A stretch of DNA of 39,458 bases from Lachnospiraceae bacterium (GCA_963594395.1 CAVBFK010000224.1:1-39458), one strand, 5' to 3'. Counted from the stretch's first letter, positions 1-7,913 are shown. A program made the numbers and translations. Notes: generated from the sequence alone by a model not told the origin.

Positions 1-99
1 CCCCCATACTGGATGAGATGGGGTGTAACATAACTGCACAGAGTTGACGGATAGTGGAGAATTTGGGTGTTGGATTACACCGTTTTGTACTGGGTTGCA

Positions 100-330
100 C
101 GGGGATCAAGGGACGAAGTCCCTTGCAGGGCTCAGGGGCGGCGCCCCTGGTAGGGCATGGGCGCTGCCCCAAACCCCGCGCAGTCGCGAAGCGCAACTGC
201 GCGCGATAAAGCACTCGATGCTTAGAAACAGCGAAGCGTTTTCAGCGCGCGGTGCAAGAGATGTTTTCTCCTTTGGAGTGCTCTGCAATAATGTATCCAG
301 AGGACTTTGCAATAACGGGTCGAAGACTCC
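100..330. repeat. GC-rich, hairpin-dense non-coding block upstream of the serS promoter
   Basis: Short GC palindromes read directly: gggac-gaa-gtccc (110-122), ggggc-ggc-gcccc (135-147), cgcgcagt-N11-actgcgcg (177-203). There is no ORF with an SD or recognisable product. The style resembles the interior of the element at 32047-32198. Confidence 0.3.
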
Positions 331-411
331 GCCCCTGGACTCTTCGCAGTGCTCCTTTTCCAACTTGATCTGTTATGAAAATCTTCTCCGTCTGCCACCG
401 AAAGAAAATGG

Positions 412-440
412 TTGCAAAATCCGAATCCTTGCCGTATAAT
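412..440 (+). promoter_or_regulatory. sigma-70-type promoter for the T-box/serS transcript
   Basis: TTGCAA (412-417), 17-nt spacer, TATAAT (435-440). Confidence 0.7.
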
Positions 441-484
441 GAAAACGTTCATAAGCCCGATGGACGAAGGACGATCGGATGAAC

Positions 485-680
485 GCCTAAAGAGAGTTGT
501 CGGTAGGTGCGAGGCAACGGCGTGGGTCAGATTTTCCACCTTCGGATGGGCGCAGGCGATGAGTCTGCGGGGTGCGCCCCTGAAAGCGCGAAGAGTGGTC
601 GGTTGCATGGCAATCGGCAATCTGGGTGGCAACGCGAGCTTCTCGTCCCGGCTAAAGGGAGGAGAGGCTCTTTCATTATC
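485..680 (+). promoter_or_regulatory. T-box leader (tRNA-Ser responsive) with intrinsic terminator
   Basis: AGAGAG stem-I start near 491. A GAA-AGC-G specifier-loop candidate lies at 582-588, with AGC = Ser. The T-box sequence aatctGGGTGGCAACGCG is at 619-636 (UGGC bulge). The terminator stem 636-649/657-670 pairs 13 of 14 positions, one a G-U wobble, and is followed by TTTCATTAT. Confidence 0.8.
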
Positions 681-698
681 ACAAGGAGGATGAAGAAC

Positions 699-1979
699 AT
701 GCTGGACATCAATATGCTCCGTAATGATCCTGAAAAAGTTAAGGAGAATATCCGCAAAAAGTTCCAGGACGAGAAGCTGCCGATGGTAGATGAGGTCGTG
801 GCATTCGACAAGGAGTACCGCGAAGCACGGCAGAAGGCAGACGGCCTGCGCAATCAGCGCAAGACCCTGTCCAAGCAGATCGGCGGCCTGATGGCCAAGG
901 GTCAGAAGGAAGAAGCAGAGGCTGTGAAAGCTCAGGTCAATGCCATGGCAGATGAGCTGGCCGACCTGGAAAAGAAGGAAGAAGAACTGCAGGCTGAAAT
1001 CCGTAAGCGCATGCTGGTGATTCCGAACATCATCGACGACAGCGTGCCGATTGGCAAGGACGACAGCCAGAACGTGGAGCTGGAGCGCTTCGGCGAGCCC
1101 AAGGTGCCGGACTTCGAGGTGCCTTATCATGTGGATATCATGGAGCGCCTGAACGGCATTGATCTGGACAGCGCCCGCAAGACCAGCGGCAACGGCTTCT
1201 ACTATCTGATGGGCGATGTTGCTCGCCTGCATTCCGCCATCCTGAGCTATGCCCGCGATTTCATGATCGACCGCGGCTTCACCTATTGCGTGCCTCCGTT
1301 CATGATCCATGGCAACGTGGTGACGGGCGTGATGTCCTTCTCCGAAATGGAGAACATGATGTACAAGATCGAGGGTGAGGATCTGTACCTGATCGGTACC
1401 AGCGAGCACTCCATGATCGGCAAGTTCATTGATACTATCCTGGATGAAGAATCCCTGCCCCGTACCCTGACCAGCTATTCTCCTTGCTTCCGTAAGGAAG
1501 TTGGCGCTCACGGCATTGAGGAGCGCGGCGTGTACCGCATCCATCAGTTCGAGAAGCAGGAAATGATCGTTGTCTGCAAGCCGGAAGATTCCATGATGTG
1601 GTTCAAGAAGCTGTGGCAGAACACGGTGGACTTCTTCCGCTCCATGGATATCCCGGTTCGCACGCTGGAGTGCTGCTCCGGTGACCTGGCTGACCTGAAG
1701 GTTAAGAGCCTGGACGTGGAAGCTTGGAGCCCCCGTCAGAAGAAGTACTTCGAGGTGGGCAGCTGCTCCAACCTGGGCGATGCACAGGCACGCCGTCTGC
1801 AGATCCGCGTAAAGGACAAGGACGGCAACAAGTATTTCGCTCATACCCTGAACAACACCGTGGTGGCACCGCCTCGTATGCTGATTGCTTTCCTGGAGAA
1901 CAATCTGCAGGAAGACGGCCGCATCGCTATCCCTGCTCCTCTGCGTATGTACATGGGCGGCAAGGAATATATCGGCTAA
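699..1979 (+). CDS. serS: seryl-tRNA synthetase
   Basis: Frame of track ORF 507..1979. Start placed at ATG 699 (MLDINMLRNDPEKV), 9 nt after AGGAGG 684-689. It has an N-terminal coiled-coil arm and class II core motifs (RIHQFEKQE, GSCSNLGDAQARR). It sits directly downstream of a Ser T-box. Confidence 0.93.
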   Translation: MLDINMLRNDPEKVKENIRKKFQDEKLPMVDEVVAFDKEYREARQKADGLRNQRKTLSKQIGGLMAKGQKEEAEAVKAQVNAMADELADLEKKEEELQAEIRKRMLVIPNIIDDSVPIGKDDSQNVELERFGEPKVPDFEVPYHVDIMERLNGIDLDSARKTSGNGFYYLMGDVARLHSAILSYARDFMIDRGFTYCVPPFMIHGNVVTGVMSFSEMENMMYKIEGEDLYLIGTSEHSMIGKFIDTILDEESLPRTLTSYSPCFRKEVGAHGIEERGVYRIHQFEKQEMIVVCKPEDSMMWFKKLWQNTVDFFRSMDIPVRTLECCSGDLADLKVKSLDVEAWSPRQKKYFEVGSCSNLGDAQARRLQIRVKDKDGNKYFAHTLNNTVVAPPRMLIAFLENNLQEDGRIAIPAPLRMYMGGKEYIG

Positions 1980-1990
1980 GATCAAACAAG

Positions 1991-2016
1991 AAAGTGGCTT
2001 CGGCCACTTTTTTGTT
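1991..2016 (+). terminator. intrinsic terminator after serS
   Basis: aaagtggc-ttcg-gccacttt hairpin followed by a T-run. Confidence 0.8.
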
Positions 2017-2076
2017 TTTGGCGATTTTGGTGTTTTCACGTTTCGGGCTGAAGAAAAAGAAATTTCACCGCCTTCC

Positions 2077-2105
2077 TTGTCGCAAGGTGTTGGATGTGTT
2101 ATAAT
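2077..2105 (+). promoter_or_regulatory. sigma-70-type promoter for the MATE gene
   Basis: TTGTCG (2077-2082), 17-nt spacer, TATAAT (2100-2105). Confidence 0.6.
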
Positions 2106-2173
2106 TCTCAGCTGTTGTGATGAATGGATCATCACAGCCAACTGATTCGATGTGCGCACAAAGGAGTGTCATT

Positions 2174-3529
2174 ATGGCCGACAAGCGGCTGAACGCAACC
2201 ATGACGGAGGGCAATCTGCCTAAGCAGATTCTGCTATTCAGCCTTCCGCTTATGTTGTCCAACGTGCTGCAGGTGCTCTTCAACATGTCCGACGTGGCTG
2301 TGGTTGGGCGCTTCGCGGGATCCCACGCCTTGGGTGCGGTGGGTTCTACTTCTATTTTGGTATCACTGTTGACGACGGTGCTCATTGGTGTCGGCACCGG
2401 CGTGAACATTATGGTGGCGCGCTTCCTGGGTGCAAAGAATGACCGGGAAGTGGTGGACGCTGTCCATAGCTCCTTCATCATCTGCGCGGTGGCAGGCCTG
2501 CTGCTCATGCTGGCAAGCCTGTTGGCATCCAGACCGATTCTGGAATTGCTGGGCACCAAGGAAGAATTGGTAGACGGCGCAGAAACCTATCTTCGCATTT
2601 ACTCCCTGGGCCTTCCTGCGGCGGCCATGTATAACTACGGCAATGCCGTGCTTTCTGCCGCCGGAGACACGAAACGTCCGCTGTACATTCTGTCTGCTGC
2701 CGGCGTGCTGAATGTGGTTCTGAACCTGTTCTTCGTGATTGTATGCGGCATGGCAGAAGCAGGCGTGGCCTTGGCCAGCACTCTGTCTCAGTGGCTGTCT
2801 GCTTGCCTGGTATTGGTTGTGCTGATTCGCTCAACAGCGGTGTACGCTCTGCATCCCAAGCAGATTCGTGTTCATCCCGACATGATTAAGCGCATCCTGC
2901 CCCTGAGCCTGTCTGCCGCTGCGCAGAATGCTATTTTCGCGGTGGCCAACCTGTTCATCCAGTCGGGCGTCAATTCCTTTGACACGGTGATTGTGGAAGG
3001 CACCGCTGCCGCCACCAACGCAGACTCCCTCTGCTATGACGTGATGGCCGCCCTCTATACCGCTTGCGCCAGCTTCATGAGCCAGAACTACGGCGCCGGC
3101 AAGAAAAAGCGCGTCATTCACAGTTACCTCATTGCATTGGCTTATTCTTTCGGCATTGGTTTAATCATTGGTTTGACACTGGAACTCTTCGGCAAGAGTT
3201 TCCTGGCACTCTTCACCACGGATGAAGCGGTCATGGATGCCGGCATGGTTCGCCTTCGGGTGATGGGTTTCTCCTACGCTTTCAGTGCCTTTATGGACTG
3301 CACCATTGCAGGTTCCCGTGGCCTGGGCAAGAGCGTGGTGCCGACCATCATCGTGATCCTTGGTTCCTGCGTGTTCCGTGTCATTTGGGTGTACACGGTG
3401 TTCGCGTATTTCCACACGATCTTGTCCCTGTATTTGCTGTACATCTTCTCCTGGACGATTACCGCTGTGGCAGAAATCATCTACTTCCGCCACATTTACA
3501 AGCAGATCGAAGTGCGAATGGCAAATTAA
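2174..3529 (+). CDS. MATE family efflux transporter
   Basis: Start ATG 2174, 7 nt after AAGGAG 2161-2166. The N-terminus LPKQILLFSLPLMLSNVLQVLFNMSDVAVVGR is typical of the MATE (NorM/DinF) family. The profile is polytopic and hydrophobic throughout, about 451 aa. Confidence 0.88.
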   Translation: MADKRLNATMTEGNLPKQILLFSLPLMLSNVLQVLFNMSDVAVVGRFAGSHALGAVGSTSILVSLLTTVLIGVGTGVNIMVARFLGAKNDREVVDAVHSSFIICAVAGLLLMLASLLASRPILELLGTKEELVDGAETYLRIYSLGLPAAAMYNYGNAVLSAAGDTKRPLYILSAAGVLNVVLNLFFVIVCGMAEAGVALASTLSQWLSACLVLVVLIRSTAVYALHPKQIRVHPDMIKRILPLSLSAAAQNAIFAVANLFIQSGVNSFDTVIVEGTAAATNADSLCYDVMAALYTACASFMSQNYGAGKKKRVIHSYLIALAYSFGIGLIIGLTLELFGKSFLALFTTDEAVMDAGMVRLRVMGFSYAFSAFMDCTIAGSRGLGKSVVPTIIVILGSCVFRVIWVYTVFAYFHTILSLYLLYIFSWTITAVAEIIYFRHIYKQIEVRMAN

Positions 3530-3540
3530 ACAACCGAGAA

Positions 3541-3580
3541 AAAATAGGGGAGAAATCACATGTCGTGGTTTCTCCCTTTT
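3541..3580. terminator. bidirectional intrinsic terminator between convergent genes
   Basis: Stem 3548-3559 pairs with 3565-3576 (one G-U wobble). An A-run lies on the left and TTTT on the right. Confidence 0.7.
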
Positions 3581-3601
3581 ACAATGTTGTACGGAGCATC
3601 C

Positions 3602-4405
3602 TTAAGATGCATCTTCCAACCTGACCATTTCAGCCAATCGATTCAGTTGCGCAAGATATTCAGACGGCGTCAGCAGACCGGCAGAAAATTGTTTTTTCAG
3701 ATTAAGAAGATTGGTGTAGCCATCCGTTCCGTAGGAGAAAGTTCCCGGAGTTGCCACGTACAGAAGATCCTGATGCTGCTGATAATCGGCAAGCTGTTCG
3801 GGCGAAACGGTGTAGTGTTGATCTTCCATACTAGCAAGAACCTTTTGGTAGCTTGCCAGATCGTTTTCCAATTCTTCACGTTCATCGTCATCCAAGTCGG
3901 ATTGCTCCAATTTCTTTTCGGTGGTTTCAATATGCTCTTTTGTTGAGGCTACGCTGGACTCGTAGTTTGCATTTTCTACGGGTTCACCGTTGATGCACAG
4001 GTAAGGGTATTGTTCGCGATCTGGGTATTCACTCATGAGCTCCAGCAATTCAATGCATTCATCAGGCAAATTGGTCGCCGCATTAACGACCATCACGGAG
4101 ACAAGGGTTCGTACAATTTGCGGTTGGTCATCATTGATACGCATAGAGACCATGAAACTGCTGTCCTCCGGCCAAATGGGGCGTGTCACAGAGGTAAAAA
4201 GCGAATATCCGAAAGATTCGTCAGAAACTTGGATGGCAGGTTCAGCTTCATACAAGCGTTTGCCAATGCTTTGAACACGCTCTAACAGCGGCAACAATTC
4301 TTCTGGAAAAACCTCCTTAAGTATTGCATTCTGCATTGAAATACGGTACAATAGAGGCATCCTTACAGAACGATCATCGCGATAGCGATGTATGCGGGCA
4401 GGCAT
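3602..4405 (-). CDS. hypothetical highly acidic protein (orphan), start uncertain (4405, 4360 or 4336)
   Basis: Maximal ORF of 267 aa. None of the three candidate ATGs has a well-spaced SD. Hand count is roughly 45 Asp+Glu versus 18 Lys+Arg from MPLLY onward. A central acidic coiled-coil-like stretch reads EKKLEQSDLDDDEREELENDL. The C-terminal LKKQFSAGLLTPSEYLAQLNRL is vaguely SHOCT-like. The gene is visibly AT-richer than its neighbours. Confidence 0.6.
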   Translation of the reverse strand: MPARIHRYRDDRSVRMPLLYRISMQNAILKEVFPEELLPLLERVQSIGKRLYEAEPAIQVSDESFGYSLFTSVTRPIWPEDSSFMVSMRINDDQPQIVRTLVSVMVVNAATNLPDECIELLELMSEYPDREQYPYLCINGEPVENANYESSVASTKEHIETTEKKLEQSDLDDDEREELENDLASYQKVLASMEDQHYTVSPEQLADYQQHQDLLYVATPGTFSYGTDGYTNLLNLKKQFSAGLLTPSEYLAQLNRLAEMVRLEDAS

Positions 4406-4458
4406 AGTTGTGTAAGGAATTTTTTATATCCCTGGGGTTTCCTGCAACGTAAAGCCAC
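4363..4458 (-). CDS. candidate 31-codon micro-ORF (MALRCRKPQGYKKFLTQLCLPAYIAIAMIVL) coupled to the downstream acidic-protein ORF
   Basis: The only strong SD of the region (AAGGAGG, minus strand, plus-strand coordinates 4467-4473) lies 8 nt upstream of GTG 4458. Its TAA stop (4365-4363) is 2 nt before ATG 4360 of the long ORF, giving the junction TAAGGATG. The C-terminal half is hydrophobic. Confidence 0.3.
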   Translation of the reverse strand: MALRCRKPQGYKKFLTQLCLPAYIAIAMIVL

Positions 4459-4512
4459 CTTCAATACCTCCTTATTTTATTTCGGTATACCGTTCCTGCA
4501 ATTGCTGATTCC

Positions 4513-4541
4513 AATATAGAACAACCTGTATATGATGTCAA
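4513..4541 (-). promoter_or_regulatory. sigma-70-type promoter for the islet transcript
   Basis: Minus strand reads TTGACA (4541-4536), 17-nt spacer, TATATT (4518-4513). Confidence 0.65.
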
Positions 4542-4653
4542 GCACATTTATGTAAAATCTATGTAAAACCGTAAAAGACTTGCGGTCGGAGCTTACTACC
4601 ATTAAGTTCATCATTGAAAAAACAGTATTTGGGACAAACTCAAAATTTGTTCC

Positions 4654-4682
4654 TTGACCATGTTGGAACTCTTTGGTATTCT
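4654..4682 (+). promoter_or_regulatory. sigma-70-type promoter for degV
   Basis: TTGACC (4654-4659), 17-nt spacer, TATTCT (4677-4682). Confidence 0.55.
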
Positions 4683-4718
4683 ACAGAAAGGTAGCAAAGC
4701 AATGAGGAGGTATTCACT

Positions 4719-5588
4719 GTGTATTGGATCGTGACGGACTCCACAACGGATCTTCCTTTGGATTATATCAATGCACAAGAAAGTTTTAAGGTTGTTAATC
4801 TGTCCTGCACCATGGATGGAAAGAGCTTTATTCCTGATGGCACGGTGGAAGGTAGCAAGGCCATTTATGCAGATCTCCGCGCTGGCAAGGTGATCACCAC
4901 GGCACAGGTCAATTCAGAAGGCTGGAAAGAAGAAATTGAACCCTTGCTTGCCAAGGGGGAGGACGTTTTCGTTATCGCCTTCTCCAGTGGCTTGAGCGGT
5001 ACCTACGCCGCGGCCGTGCAGGCTGTAAAGGAACTGAAAGAACAGTATCCTGACCGTCAGCTGACCTTGGTGGATAGCCTGGCCGCTTCCATGGGCGAAG
5101 GCTTGCTGGTGCACTATGCTCTGCAGAACCGCAAAAACGGTATGTCTCAGGCAGACAACACTGCTTGGGTAGAACAGAACCGCCTGAACATTGTTCACTG
5201 GTTCACCGTGGATGATCTGATGTTCCTCAAGCGCGGCGGCCGCGTGTCTGCTACCAGCGCTTATTTGGGCTCGATTATCAAGATTAAGCCGATTCTGAAT
5301 GTGGATGAAGAAGGCCACCTGATTCCCCGCGACAAGGTGCAGGGCCGCAAGCGCAGCATTCGCGCCCTGTGCGAGCGTACGGAGATCAATGCTCTGAATC
5401 CTACCGAGCAGACCATGTTCATCAGCCATGGCGACTGCGAAGAGGAAGCCAATATGCTGGCCGATATGCTCCGCGAAAAGCTTGGTGTGAAGAATATTCT
5501 CACCGGCTATATCGGACCGGTCATCGGCAGTCACTCCGGCCCCGGTACCCTTGCTGTGTTCTTCTTTGGCAATCGCAGTAACGTCTAA
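4719..5588 (+). CDS. DegV family fatty-acid-binding protein
   Basis: GTG start 8 nt after GAGGAGG. N-terminal IVTDSTTDLP, then SSGLSGTY and a length of about 289 aa, all typical of the DegV family. Confidence 0.88.
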   Translation: MYWIVTDSTTDLPLDYINAQESFKVVNLSCTMDGKSFIPDGTVEGSKAIYADLRAGKVITTAQVNSEGWKEEIEPLLAKGEDVFVIAFSSGLSGTYAAAVQAVKELKEQYPDRQLTLVDSLAASMGEGLLVHYALQNRKNGMSQADNTAWVEQNRLNIVHWFTVDDLMFLKRGGRVSATSAYLGSIIKIKPILNVDEEGHLIPRDKVQGRKRSIRALCERTEINALNPTEQTMFISHGDCEEEANMLADMLREKLGVKNILTGYIGPVIGSHSGPGTLAVFFFGNRSNV

Positions 5589-5597
5589 TATCGATCA

Positions 5598-5628
5598 ACG
5601 GTGCATCCAAAAGGGTGCGCCGTTTTTA
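5598..5628 (+). terminator. intrinsic terminator after degV
   Basis: acggtgcatcc-aaaa-gggtgcgccgt hairpin followed by TTTTTATT. Confidence 0.75.
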
Positions 5629-5693
5629 TTAGCAATGAATTTGTTTAGTTTGAAAAGAACAATAAAATAATGGGAAACAACTCATTACTCTGA

Positions 5694-5751
5694 TTTTCGG
5701 GGTGGGTGCGGGAGGGGGCTTTTGGCACAAAAGCCGCCCTCCCGCAAAACC
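5694..5751. repeat. short copy of a structured intergenic repeat (long hairpin plus G-run tract)
   Basis: The left arm ttttcggggtgggtgCgggagg and right arm aaaagcCgccctCccgcaaaaCc match the termini of the element at 32047-32198. The arms gcgggagggggctttt and aaaagccgccctcccgc pair over about 16 bp with one bulge. Confidence 0.6.
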
Positions 5752-5764
5752 ATCGATTCCGTAC

Positions 5765-5793
5765 TTTTCACCAGGAATGAAATATGCTATAAT
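5765..5793 (+). promoter_or_regulatory. promoter with extended -10 for the xpaC-like/telA-like/coaE genes
   Basis: TTTTCA (5765-5770), 17-nt spacer, TGcTATAAT (5785-5793). Confidence 0.55.
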
Positions 5794-5885
5794 GAAACAC
5801 GAAGCGGCGCGGAATGCGTTTGTTTCCGATGGTTCATGATATCAATGTGCCTTGGGTCAATGACGCGGGCACGGAAAGGAAGACC

Positions 5886-6719
5886 ATGAGTCAGGATAAG
5901 AAGAAGGACGCAAAAAAGAAGTCCCTGCGGGCCGGTATCATCGCCTTTGGCGCTACTGCCGTGCTGTATGGCGTAGTCTTTCACCCGACAAGCGTTGCAG
6001 GCCTTGTCCTTGGTGCATGCGTTTCTTTGATTGTGGGCAAGGTGGTATCCATCATGGCAACCGACCTGGATCTCACCACCCATAATAAGCAGGATCGGGC
6101 GGCCAATGAGGCCAAGAAAGACGTGGAGGAGCTTCCTCTTTCCGGCGATGAAACGGCCGATGCCGTGATCACCAAGGGTCAGGAAATGCTTCGCCAGATT
6201 CGTGAAGCTAATGAGGCAATCCTGGATGAGAAGCTGACTGAGCAGATGAACGAGATCACGGCCAAGTGCGTGCAGATCTTCCGCACCGTGGCAGAAAAGC
6301 CCGGCAAGGCAACCGTGATCCGTAAGTTCATGAACTACTATCTGCCTACTACTTTGAAGATGCTGACCAACTACCGCACCATGCTCTCCCGCGGCGTATC
6401 GGAAAAGGACATGACCGAGGCGCACGAGACCATGACCCGTGGATTGGATATGGTGCTGACTGCCTGTCAAAAGCAGTTGGATAACCTGTACAAGGACAAT
6501 ATGCTGGATGTGTCCACGGATATTGACGTGCTGGAGCAGATGCTCAAGCGCGACGGTTTCATGGGCGATGCTGTGGAAACCATGAACGCTACCCAGGCCA
6601 AGCAGGAAGCACGCACCGCCGCTGCTCAGCAAATGCAGCAGACGGACGTACCGACCCTGAAGGTACCGGACGCGGAAGAATTTATCGCGGAAAAGCAACA
6701 GAAAAAGGAACAACACTGA
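5886..6719 (+). CDS. XpaC-like membrane protein (5-bromo-4-chloroindolyl phosphate hydrolysis protein family)
   Basis: Start ATG 5886 after GGAAAGGAAG. Two N-terminal TM helices are followed by a helical region containing KFMNYYLPTTLKMLTNY, which is characteristic of this family. It lies immediately upstream of a TelA-like gene, as with xpaC-yaaN in Bacillus subtilis. Confidence 0.75.
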   Translation: MSQDKKKDAKKKSLRAGIIAFGATAVLYGVVFHPTSVAGLVLGACVSLIVGKVVSIMATDLDLTTHNKQDRAANEAKKDVEELPLSGDETADAVITKGQEMLRQIREANEAILDEKLTEQMNEITAKCVQIFRTVAEKPGKATVIRKFMNYYLPTTLKMLTNYRTMLSRGVSEKDMTEAHETMTRGLDMVLTACQKQLDNLYKDNMLDVSTDIDVLEQMLKRDGFMGDAVETMNATQAKQEARTAAAQQMQQTDVPTLKVPDAEEFIAEKQQKKEQH

Positions 6720-6734
6720 GGAGGATATGTCATC

Positions 6735-7913
6735 ATGAGCGAAACCAATCAGATGCCCCAGCTGACCTTGAATTTTGATACGCCCAAGGCAGAAGAGCCT
6801 GCCGCTACCGCATCCATTCAGCAGACGGCAGAGCCTGCTGCTGTTGCTGAACCCACTGCCCCTGCTGTGGCACCTCGGCTGGATGACAGCCAGCTGACCG
6901 ACGCTGAGCGCAAGGCGATTGAAGACTTCATCGGCAAGCTGGACGTGACCAATCCTGACCATGTGCTCCTCTTCGGTGCCGATGCACAGAAGAAGATTGC
7001 CAACTTCTCCGATACTGCCCTGGAAGCTGTGAAGACCCAGGACACGGGCGAAGTGGGCAACATGCTGGTGAATCTGGTGACGGAGCTGAAGGGCTTTGAA
7101 GCTGATGCTGAAGAGCCGAAGGGCCTGAAGAAGTTGTTCACCAAAGCGGGAGATTCTGTGGAAAAGATGAAGGCCCGCTACACCAAGGTGAGCGGCAATG
7201 TGGAGAACATTGCAGATTCTCTGGAAAACTATCAGGTACAGCTCCTGAAGGATGTGGCTATGTTCGATCACCTGTATGACCAGAACAGCGACTATTTCCA
7301 TCAGCTGACGCTGTACATCATCGCTGGTGAAGAAAAGCTCCAGCGCGTCCGCGAAGGTGAGCTGAAGGAAGCACAGGAGAAGGCCGCCAAGTCCGGCGAC
7401 GCCATGGATGCCCAGCAGGCCAATGACCTGGCCGCTCAGTGCGATCGCTTTGAAAAGAAGCTCCATGACCTGAAGCTGACCCGCCAGGTGTCCATGCAGA
7501 TGGCACCGCAGATTCGCCTCCTGCAGAATAACGATAGCCTGCTGGTGGAGCGTATCCAGTCCACCTTGAGCAACACCCTTCCTTTGTGGAAGAGCCAAAT
7601 GGTGCTGGCCCTGGGTCTGCACCACAGTCAGGAAGCCTTGAAGGCACAGACGGCGGTGACCGACATGACCAACGAACTGCTGAAGAAGAATGCCGAGAAG
7701 CTGAAGATGGGCACCATCGAAACGGCCAAGGAAGCCGAGCGCGGCATTATCGATATTGATACCCTCGTGCAGACCAACCAGAGCCTCATTGATACCATCA
7801 ATGAAGTGGTGAATATCCAGAACGAGGGTCGTGCGAAGCGCATTGAGGCCGAAAAGACTATGGCGCAGATGGAAACCGAACTGAAGCAGAAGCTGCTGCA
7901 GACGAACCTGTAA
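6735..7913 (+). CDS. toxic anion resistance protein, TelA/YaaN family
   Basis: A 392-aa helical, coiled-coil-rich protein with SD GAGGAGG at 6718-6724. The call rests on family resemblance and the conserved pairing with the XpaC-like gene. Confidence 0.8.
   Translation: MSETNQMPQLTLNFDTPKAEEPAATASIQQTAEPAAVAEPTAPAVAPRLDDSQLTDAERKAIEDFIGKLDVTNPDHVLLFGADAQKKIANFSDTALEAVKTQDTGEVGNMLVNLVTELKGFEADAEEPKGLKKLFTKAGDSVEKMKARYTKVSGNVENIADSLENYQVQLLKDVAMFDHLYDQNSDYFHQLTLYIIAGEEKLQRVREGELKEAQEKAAKSGDAMDAQQANDLAAQCDRFEKKLHDLKLTRQVSMQMAPQIRLLQNNDSLLVERIQSTLSNTLPLWKSQMVLALGLHHSQEALKAQTAVTDMTNELLKKNAEKLKMGTIETAKEAERGIIDIDTLVQTNQSLIDTINEVVNIQNEGRAKRIEAEKTMAQMETELKQKLLQTNL

Noticed and set aside
44-439. A 131-aa plus-strand ORF (and an 85-aa minus-strand ORF at 106-363) inside the hairpin-dense block.
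   Set aside because: It has no SD, it spans GC palindromes and the serS promoter, and its sequence is low-complexity and Arg/Gly/Ala-rich. The region is more parsimoniously non-coding.
507-698. N-terminally extended versions of track ORFs: serS from 507, rpsB from 12018, U32 from 27199, ThrE subunit from 37412, rpsF from 34676, coaE from 7915, uppS from 15546.
   Set aside because: The extensions run through promoters, leaders or the upstream gene, and they lack SDs. Internal starts with good SD spacing reproduce the canonical N-termini of each family.
222-2159. A 645-aa ORF on the minus strand opposite serS and its leader.
   Set aside because: This is a shadow ORF of a GC-rich gene. It lies antisense to a confidently identified serS, its sequence is low-complexity (His/Leu/Gln/Ala-rich), it has no SD, and it runs through a T-box and a promoter.
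3541-4718. Interpreting the AT-rich islet as a prophage or integrative-element remnant.
   Set aside because: It contains no integrase, recombinase or transposase ORF, it is not next to a tRNA, and I could find no flanking direct repeats. Only the composition difference and the orphan genes remain.
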